From: Thermoplasmata archaeon | GTDB lineage: Archaea > Thermoplasmatota > Thermoplasmata > RBG-16-68-12 > JAFNFQ01 | Direction of reading: 5' to 3' | Length of the DNA: 64,000 nucleotides | NCBI GenBank assembly: GCA_041489255.1 | Contig: JBGPQV010000006.1 | Span: 1 to 64,000, forward strand | In this document: positions 56,562-64,000 of the stretch, in pieces | Layout: every line of letters begins with the position of its first letter | Position numbering within the stretch: the first letter of the stretch is position 1 | Made by a program: the position numbers and the translations under genes | Notes under the pieces: generated by a model | Seen by the model: only the letters and a program-made list of their open reading frames with translations | The model's database searches: none | Told to the model about the DNA's origin: nothing

Positions 56562-59500
56562 TCACCGATTCTTCGGCGCACCCGCTTCCCCTGTTCCCGA
56601 TGGTTTTGTCCTCACTATCCGGAGAATCGAGACAACCGTTCCGGCCAGGAGAATCGCCAGATCGACTGCGGTCCCCGCTCCAAGCAGCGGCGGCATCGAC
56701 AACTGCCCGGTGACGAGAGACACCACACCGGTCCCCGCCTCCGCGATTATGAACGGCAACGAGGCGGTCATGAACGCCTTCGCCACAGCCTTCTTGTTCT
56801 TCCCGCCCCTCCACGGTTTCCTCTTGGAAGACCAAGTTCCAACAACTGCCAGGATGATTGCGAAAATGAGCGCGATTATCGGCTTGTAGTTCACCGCCAC
56901 CTCGGGCGGTGTCGTCGTCCCCTCCACCGTCACAACGAGCCACCTCTCCGTCTCCGTGTTGTTCAGCATGTCGTTGGAGTAGTAGGAGATGTTGTGAGCG
57001 CCCTCGGGAAGGGTGAAGCCCCCAGAGTACACCGTCCAGCTCCCGCCATCGATCCTGTACCTGGTGACGTTCACGCCGCATCCAGAGTCGGTGGCGGTGA
57101 GAGTGAAGACGGTGGCGGTAGTGTAGGGGCCATTGGCGGGGGAGAAGGTCGTGATTGGCGGGGAGTCGTCGAGGATCAGCGTCTCGTTCTGTATCGTCTC
57201 GCTGTTCCCGAGGTAGTCGTGAGAGAGTAGCTCGATGAACCATGTGCCATCCCTCCCCGCCAGATTAAGAGAGGATGTGTACGCTTCCCAAGACGTCCAC
57301 GTCCCGTCCCAGAGATGGAAGAGTGTGGTGTTGGAACCCACGCCGCCATCAACCGTAGAGAGAGTGATGTCCGTCGAGGACCTGACGAATGTGCCGCCGA
57401 CCAAGTGCTTCGGCTCACCGATCGAGATGGCGGTGGCGGGAGGAGTGTCGTCCACCGTCAGGTCCATCGAGCTGACCTCCTCCAGGTTCTCTGCCCAGTC
57501 CAGCGACCGCCACTCTATCGTGTGCATGCCTTCCCCCGCCAGGAAGAACGTGCCCGCAGCGGTGTAGTTGACCGGATTCCCGCCATCGATGATGTACGTG
57601 GTGTTCCTTATCCCGAGCCCGCTCTGGTCGAGGATGGAGAAATCGAGGGGTGTGGTGGACTTGACGTACGTTACGGTGGAGGTGTAGTTGGGCTGACCGA
57701 TGATGAGCGAAGTGATCGGACCGGGGACGACATTCACCGTCCACGTGTAAACGTTGTTGAGCTCACTCGACTCCGTCACGTTGTCTTCGGAGTCCACGAC
57801 TGCGGAGACTGAGCAGGAGCATTGCGTGGAGGGCGATGTCCATGATGTGGTGAAGGGACCGGAGGTGCCGCCGGCGGGGATGGGGGGCACCTGGAAGGAG
57901 GCGAAAGGCGTCGTCGGCGCGAGGGAGTCGAAGAAGGAGAGGGTGGAATAGGCGCTCGCGTTCCCGCCCTGGTTCCTCGCCTCTACCGACAGCTGGATGA
58001 GAAGGGAGAGGCCAATCGTCTGGGGCGAGGGTGGTTGCGGATTGGCAGGGACGTAGTCCGGCGGCGTCATGAAGCCCGCGACCGCCTCTGCGACATTCTT
58101 GGATCCTTCGACGTTGGTCGCATTGTCCGTGGCAATCGTGTGGAACTTGTAGTTGCCCTCCCCATCCGGGAAAGGAAACGGCCACGACCACGCCGGGGAG
58201 GTCATCGTCCCGAACGAGGTCCATTGGCCCCACGACGCGTTGCCGAGGGGAGCATGTGAGTAAAGGAGGGTCACGTTCGCAACGCCGCTCAGGCCGTCCG
58301 TGGCGGTTGCATGCACCATCAGGGATGGCGTGGTGTGCCAGTACGGCGAGATCGGCATGGCGGTCGAGACCGGCGGGGTGACGTCGTATCCCGTGGTAGC
58401 GTCTGCGGTCGGCGGGGGCGGCTCAGAATTCCCCACATTGTCGAACGCCGTCGTGTGAAACTCATAGTATCCCTCTCCCGTCGGGAATGAGAATGACCAA
58501 GACCAAGGAGCCGAGGTGAGAGTGGAATAGCGCGACCAAGAGGCCCATGTCGAGTTGTCGATGCTGTGACGGAGCCAAAGGGTGACGTTCGCGATGCCGG
58601 AACCTCGATCCATGACCATGGCACCTATTTGAAGCGGCTGGGAATTTCGCCAATACGGCGTTATCGGATCAACGCTGGAAGAAGGGGGAACGGTGTCCGG
58701 CCACACTTGCCAGGCATGTCCCACGGGCAATCGGGTCGGGTTCGGCATTAAGACTTGCCCGTACAATATGTGAGGTGCACCGAGCGGATCAAGGCCAAGC
58801 GTCAGGTGGCCAGAGATACCGGGTGATGACTGGACGTTCTCTGCAAACCAATGCGTCCCGTCTGAGTATGCGTACATGAGACTCCCATCCGTGTGATCCA
58901 TGAACGAGACGCTCGGGAGATCGCGCCAGTCGAGGGCCAGGGAGATTCTGCCAAAACCGATATGGAACGAGGAAGGCGGCCATACGTAGACATCTTGATG
59001 AAGCCACGCCTTGAACATGGCATCGTACCTGGCATACCGATGTCTCTCTTTTGTTGCGTCGCTATATACGATGTGGGGAACGTCATTTGAATCTAGCTTC
59101 AGGGACAGATCCTCAAGTGCTGAACCGTCCGAAGGCGCGTTTGCCTGTTGATTCGACCATCCGGAACCGTTCCAGCTTAGGTATCTTAAACCTCCCGGCG
59201 GTGCACCTTCCATCAAGCGCAGGACGGCGATGTGAGGATGCCCTGTACAGTCAACCACGATCGGAGCAATGTCGCCAGGGAAAGGCCAGCCCTTTCCGAC
59301 TGTTTCGATTGTCCATCCACTGCCATTCCTGGTGGCATGCTGTAAGTAGCTCCAGAAAGGAGGAACCGAGGTGCAGTAGTTCCAGTAAGTGATGTGGATC
59401 ATGCCCTTCGTGTCCATGGCAAGAGATGTGATGTAGGCGGTGCAGTTCACCTGCTCCACTGTTTCGTTGAAAAAGAATGCGCCGACACGGTAGGCATATC

Positions 59501-59870
59501 TCACCGTGTTGTCGGACTCCCTGTAATAACTGATGTGAGGCGCCTCCGAAGGGTCGAGGACCAATGAAGGCCCCATGGACAAGGCGTCCACGCGTTGGAA
59601 CGACCACGAACCTCCAGTCCTCAGCGCGTAGACGAGTTCATACGAAGAGCCTGCAGCTCTAGCGAACGCAGCGTGAACCCTCCCAGTCGAGTCAATCGCA
59701 ATCGAGAGATCGCCTCCATCATCGGCCACAGGTTCGTAATTCCACGGGTATTGTGCAGCGACTCCATGAACAGAGAGAAAGACTACGGAATATGCAGCGG
59801 TCAGAGTCAGCCCCGCGACGATCGTGCACTGCCACCTGTACGTGACCACACAGCCTCCCGGATTTCTCAT
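56562..59870 (-). CDS. Cell-surface protein (beta-propeller repeats, Ig-like, CARDB, 3-TM C-terminal anchor)
   Basis: SL.LD....PHI.Y repeats, CARDB, and a tail paralogous to 2..1060. Confidence 0.88.
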   Translation of the reverse strand: MRNPGGCVVTYRWQCTIVAGLTLTAAYSVVFLSVHGVAAQYPWNYEPVADDGGDLSIAIDSTGRVHAAFARAAGSSYELVYALRTGGSWSFQRVDALSMGPSLVLDPSEAPHISYYRESDNTVRYAYRVGAFFFNETVEQVNCTAYITSLAMDTKGMIHITYWNYCTSVPPFWSYLQHATRNGSGWTIETVGKGWPFPGDIAPIVVDCTGHPHIAVLRLMEGAPPGGLRYLSWNGSGWSNQQANAPSDGSALEDLSLKLDSNDVPHIVYSDATKERHRYARYDAMFKAWLHQDVYVWPPSSFHIGFGRISLALDWRDLPSVSFMDHTDGSLMYAYSDGTHWFAENVQSSPGISGHLTLGLDPLGAPHILYGQVLMPNPTRLPVGHAWQVWPDTVPPSSSVDPITPYWRNSQPLQIGAMVMDRGSGIANVTLWLRHSIDNSTWASWSRYSTLTSAPWSWSFSFPTGEGYYEFHTTAFDNVGNSEPPPPTADATTGYDVTPPVSTAMPISPYWHTTPSLMVHATATDGLSGVANVTLLYSHAPLGNASWGQWTSFGTMTSPAWSWPFPFPDGEGNYKFHTIATDNATNVEGSKNVAEAVAGFMTPPDYVPANPQPPSPQTIGLSLLIQLSVEARNQGGNASAYSTLSFFDSLAPTTPFASFQVPPIPAGGTSGPFTTSWTSPSTQCSCSVSAVVDSEDNVTESSELNNVYTWTVNVVPGPITSLIIGQPNYTSTVTYVKSTTPLDFSILDQSGLGIRNTTYIIDGGNPVNYTAAGTFFLAGEGMHTIEWRSLDWAENLEEVSSMDLTVDDTPPATAISIGEPKHLVGGTFVRSSTDITLSTVDGGVGSNTTLFHLWDGTWTSWEAYTSSLNLAGRDGTWFIELLSHDYLGNSETIQNETLILDDSPPITTFSPANGPYTTATVFTLTATDSGCGVNVTRYRIDGGSWTVYSGGFTLPEGAHNISYYSNDMLNNTETERWLVVTVEGTTTPPEVAVNYKPIIALIFAIILAVVGTWSSKRKPWRGGKNKKAVAKAFMTASLPFIIAEAGTGVVSLVTGQLSMPPLLGAGTAVDLAILLAGTVVSILRIVRTKPSGTGEAGAPKNR

Positions 59871-60460
59871 CAGTCCTCAAGATATAATAAGCTGTCGAAG
59901 GCCAACGTGCGGTATCGCCCGTTTTTCAATCGAAGAATCAGCTGCGTTTCGCCGAAACCTGGCAATGTCTAACCATATTAATCGCATCACCGAATGCCAC
60001 AATTCCACCCGCAGCATGCTGTGGATTGAGAACGTCAACAGGCGGTTCTGCGAGCGTCACCGACTAGACAGAACACCACCGACCCATTTGGTTCCAGTCA
60101 ATGGACGAGGGGCCTCGAGCCCGAGTAGTTGGGAGGAACTGAGATCGAAATACTCGGCTCGCTTCTCCAAGAAAACTTCCCATATCATGATGGGGGCCTC
60201 CGCTTCCAGGGCACTCTACGGCTACGTCCGTCTTCGGGAACAGTACGCCAGTCCTTGGGGATTCGCGGGGTGCTGCCATCCACCGCGAATGGGAAGAGCC
60301 CGTCCCTCGCCGCTCCCCCTCGGTGTTGCAGGCTCGCATTTTTCCACCTTGCGCTTCATTGCCGGTAGGTTAATGTCTGGTTTGGATATTCATGCTCTGG
60401 CCATGCTCCCTGCCTGTCTGCATTGGACCGACCTTTCTCGGGGAAGGTTATCCCCGCCAG

Positions 60461-61261
60461 ATGGAGGATCGTAGGCGGATGACCAAGACCTCATTCCTAC
60501 GCGACCTCGCAGCAAGGCGTCGAATCGACCTCGAGTTGCTGGCCTTTCTGACGATAGGCCTCCTCATCGTGGACGGCTCAGTCGAACTCAAGATTCTGGC
60601 TACCGAAAGAGGCAGCGTATGCGTTGATCTGAACCAAGCCCTTGCTGGCCTGAGTACTTTCAATACCTCCTCAATGTGTTACTATCGGCCTGACTTGCTC
60701 GTGTTGGCTGCTGGAATAGTATTCGCTTTCCTTTTCGCCCTCGTCATCAGAGTCCCCCCTGAGGCTTCAAGGCGGAAGGGCGCATACTTTGTGCTCGCGG
60801 GATTCGCAAATGCTGGTCTGGCCCAGGTTCTCCTTATGTTTCCTTCCGTTACGCTCACGGCTGGAAGCATCATAGTGGGTGTGCTGGGTGGGCTCTTGGT
60901 GTACGTCGATCAGTGTCACTTTCTATTGCCGTCTCTCGAACGACTCTCGAAGGATGCGGGGAAGTGGACTTCGGCAGACCGGATGGCGGCCTGTTCCTTC
61001 GTCCGAGAGGAGGTCTTCTTCTGGTTCAAAGTCTCAACTGCCACGGTCGCTGCGACCCTTCTCTCGCTCCTCGCATCAATAGTGTCCGTAATTTGGCAAA
61101 CCTCATTCTCCACGGGCGGGAAGCTCGTAGACTCCGTGGTGTTTTCTTTTGTCGCGCTTTACGCAGTCATCGGCCTTGCGAATTGGATGGTCTTGCCCCT
61201 TTTCGAGATGTTGCAAAAGGTCCGTTCGATCGCCCTCGGTCTCGGGCAGCCCCAAGCCTGA
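60461..61261 (+). CDS. Multi-TM membrane protein
   Basis: About 6 hydrophobic segments. Confidence 0.65.
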   Translation: MEDRRRMTKTSFLRDLAARRRIDLELLAFLTIGLLIVDGSVELKILATERGSVCVDLNQALAGLSTFNTSSMCYYRPDLLVLAAGIVFAFLFALVIRVPPEASRRKGAYFVLAGFANAGLAQVLLMFPSVTLTAGSIIVGVLGGLLVYVDQCHFLLPSLERLSKDAGKWTSADRMAACSFVREEVFFWFKVSTATVAATLLSLLASIVSVIWQTSFSTGGKLVDSVVFSFVALYAVIGLANWMVLPLFEMLQKVRSIALGLGQPQA

Positions 61262-61408
61262 GCAAGATGGACCCTGGCCTCCACGGGGTCGCACACGCTA
61301 AGCGTTGCCGCGCAGAGGATCGAAAGCCTCATTGCGCGCGCGTCAAAGAAGACACACACGAGCTCGGTGCTCAGCAATGATTAAGGTCCCTTATATGATG
61401 CGACCTTC

Positions 61409-61972
61409 GTGCTCGATTCCGTCTTCGACTTTCTCCGAAGTCTTTTCGACTTCGGAACGGAACTGTCGGTGCATGTCGAGATTGCCAAGGCGGAGGAAAG
61501 GGCGCAACTTGAATCGCTGAGGGAGGCGCTCGAAGAGTTCGTGGAGAACATCGTCGCCTGGTACAATGAAGTAGCCGACTTGGTTACACTGGTCGAACGC
61601 GACCTCCGCCTGAGACAGGTCAACCAGAGGCGCTTCCGACAGTACGGCGAACTCCTAACGAGCATGCTCGTCAGGGACGTTTACAGCACACAGTGTTCAT
61701 TCTTCCTGAACAACACTCTCCCTTCTATCGCAAAGAACCAGGACATCGACAACCATACCCGCAGATGGCTCACGAAGAGAATCCCCAGCCTGAAGGCGGC
61801 GTATAGGGCTTTCACTTTGGGGGCACACGACTTGAAGCGAGCATCGCTTGTTGCATCTGAGCGCGGGTATTCGTCCAAGGATCGGAAGGTTCTGGCGAGG
61901 CAACTTGAACACGCACTTGACAGGTGTCAACGCTCGAAGGACCGGCTTGTGGCCTTGTTTGAACGCGAGTGA
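61409..61972 (+). CDS. Hypothetical helical protein
   Basis: 187-aa ORF. Confidence 0.55.
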   Translation: MLDSVFDFLRSLFDFGTELSVHVEIAKAEERAQLESLREALEEFVENIVAWYNEVADLVTLVERDLRLRQVNQRRFRQYGELLTSMLVRDVYSTQCSFFLNNTLPSIAKNQDIDNHTRRWLTKRIPSLKAAYRAFTLGAHDLKRASLVASERGYSSKDRKVLARQLEHALDRCQRSKDRLVALFERE

Positions 61973-62404
61973 TTCTTCTCACTGACGTAATCGTATTTTT
62001 CATTCCAAGACACTTCGGCCGAGGCGATCGTAGCGGTAGTATGTGCCACCGCCGCCGAGCTGGAGCGAAGGAAGCGACTGCGACCTGATGGAAGTCGTGA
62101 GGGTACTTGCGTCAACGCCTTATGGCGAAACGAACAAAGCCATGCGCGAGCCCACCGGCGTTTCCATACCATGGAGCCCCTGATACCTTTCGTTAGAGCG
62201 CAATCCCAGGCCGATGAGGACGCCTGTGCCCCGCTCGCGTGATGAAAGTCGGCACATCAACTGTCACCGATTCTTCGCGGCGAGCACGAAAGCTCATGAT
62301 AGACTTGCTCTCCCCGGACGTACATCGAGGATCACTCTGGCGGGAAAGGTCTAAATGCTGTACGTGCCTCCCCCCTTGAGCCAATACCGGGGGGTCGATA
62401 GGAC

Positions 62405-63529
62405 ATGCGCATCACGAACTTCAGCGCGGAGAACTTCCGAATGCTCAGACACATGGAGCTGGGCGACTTCCGCGGGCTGAACGTGTTCATCGGCCCGAAC
62501 GCCACCGGAAAATCGGCTGTCTTGGAGGTTCTCCACCATCTTCTCGAATCCGAACAGATTGGCTTTCATCGGGACATCACGTTCCGCGGGTCGCCGGGAG
62601 CCTCGATTAAGTTTGCTGCCGATGTCGCTCTGTCGGACGATGACGCCCGTGGCGTAGTCGAAGATGTTGTTGCCACCACCGGCAAGGCCGCACCTCCGGA
62701 GGAGATTGTCAAGGAGTACGCCCTAGGCTTCCCCCGCTCCTTAACCCTGAAGTACTCGGGAGTCGCGCCGAGGGAGCGAGGGCAGAGCACACAATTCTCA
62801 AAGGAGCTACTGGTCGCATCGCGGCCGCTCCAGGACGCCGTGCAGAAGTCACTCCGTCCCGCGGTAAGGAATTGGGACGCCCAGAACCTTGACCTCCCGA
62901 CTTATGCCTATCGATCTGTCAATCGCCTTGTCTCCAGCCGGACCCTCTACCTGCCCGTGCAAAGGTGGGTTCCGGCAACCCTCCAGCCGGGCCGGCCCGA
63001 AAAGCCAACGCCGTCGGAGGTCGGACGATGGCTCCATCGAGCCCGCGTCGAGAAGCTCACGGATTTCGACGACTACGAGGCTCTCGTCTCGCGGCTACTC
63101 TCTCACGTGAAGGGCGTCGTATTCAGTACTGGCAAGAACGACCTGCGCTGGGGATTCGGCGAGGACGGCTTGCCGGAAATGACACCCGCGGATGAATCGT
63201 CATCGGGCACTGCCCACCTCAGCCTCTTTGCGGGCGCGTTTGTCTTTCTACCAAAAGGGTCTGTCGTCATCGCGGAGGAACCAGAGCTGAGCCTTCACCC
63301 CGGATCCCTTCGCAAGATGATGAGGGAGATCCATGCGGTCGCCGATCGACGGGCGATTCAATTCTTCTTCACCACCCACTCTCCTGTGGTCGTTGAGGGC
63401 CTGGACCCTTATGCAAAAGACCATGCGTTGTGGCAGCTCAGCCGGAATCCCGACGGCAGCGCGGGTGCCGCTCGATGCGACAGTGAGAAGCAGATCGAGG
63501 ATGCGATAAACTCGCTCGTCCGTACGTGA
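62405..63529 (+). CDS. ABC-type ATPase (OLD/AAA_15/AAA_21-like) without a TOPRIM domain
   Basis: ENFR, GPNATGKS, SSG signature, EEPELSLHP, TTHSP. Confidence 0.85.
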   Translation: MRITNFSAENFRMLRHMELGDFRGLNVFIGPNATGKSAVLEVLHHLLESEQIGFHRDITFRGSPGASIKFAADVALSDDDARGVVEDVVATTGKAAPPEEIVKEYALGFPRSLTLKYSGVAPRERGQSTQFSKELLVASRPLQDAVQKSLRPAVRNWDAQNLDLPTYAYRSVNRLVSSRTLYLPVQRWVPATLQPGRPEKPTPSEVGRWLHRARVEKLTDFDDYEALVSRLLSHVKGVVFSTGKNDLRWGFGEDGLPEMTPADESSSGTAHLSLFAGAFVFLPKGSVVIAEEPELSLHPGSLRKMMREIHAVADRRAIQFFFTTHSPVVVEGLDPYAKDHALWQLSRNPDGSAGAARCDSEKQIEDAINSLVRT

Positions 63530-63641
63530 CCGGGCTGGGACACGATTGCATGTGCAATCGGTGGCCTCGTGGCACACAGTGGAGTTCGCAGGCGGCGGTC
63601 TCCCCGGAAGCTCTTAATATCGTGGTGCTCCTTCCGGCCGC

Positions 63642-63950
63642 ATGCCTCGGAGGCACTCCCCGAAGCAGGTCAGAACTACAAGATACGAGATCGCGGGCTG
63701 GGTCATTCTGATTGTCGCGTTAGTGTTCTCCGCCTTCAACGCGACGACGAACCTCGGGGCTTACGAGAGGTGGCTCGCCTTCACGACAACCGCCACGGCG
63801 ACAGGTTTCGCGCTGATTGCGCTCGGAGCGAGACAGCAGGTCAAGGTACAGGAAGCGGAGACGGCACGGTTCAAGGCCGAGACCGAACGCATCGGAACGC
63901 CCGATCAGCGCGAGCGGATCGTGACGGGATCCTACGGGAGTGAGCGCTGA
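63642..63950 (+). CDS. Small 2-TM membrane protein
   Basis: Two hydrophobic segments. Confidence 0.45.
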   Translation: MPRRHSPKQVRTTRYEIAGWVILIVALVFSAFNATTNLGAYERWLAFTTTATATGFALIALGARQQVKVQEAETARFKAETERIGTPDQRERIVTGSYGSER

Positions 63951-64000
63951 CGGCCATGAGTCCCCCTGCACATTGCTTACCGCGGACGCGCGATCGTGAC

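Overview
GC-rich archaeal DNA, most consistent with a Thermoplasmatota/Thermoplasmata genome (archaeal ApgM, PCNA- and RPA-type sequences, large PKD/CARDB surface proteins). 1-18.8 kb is mostly host-like: surface proteins, ApgM, an M28 peptidase and a K+-independent HppA, with two small insertions (an AbiE toxin-antitoxin pair between 69-bp direct repeats, and a 1.7-kb island with three related hairpins). About 18.9-45 kb is accessory or mobile DNA: a tyrosine recombinase, a cluster of defence-type nucleases, and an 11-kb minus-strand array (29.4-40.7 kb) of virus/plasmid-like genes (Ku, ATP-dependent ligase, truncated PCNA and RPA, AAA ATPase, DUF6744-like + MoxR AAA + vWA, SWIM and many small Zn-finger proteins). 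The most striking signal is in this array. Almost every gene junction has the same design: a gene-specific hairpin around the stop codon, a T-tract, a near-invariant TTTCGGGT(GGTG), then the start codon. I count 22 copies by eye. The array also holds a ~100-nt structured non-coding unit between Ku and the ligase and a 150-bp CTCGAG-bounded inversion that can be undone on paper. The right part carries a 3399-aa Ca-binding-repeat surface protein with a hydrophobic C-terminus and an orphan duplicated fragment, a second CARDB surface protein and an ABC/OLD-type ATPase. All family calls come from motif recognition by eye; no database searches were run.
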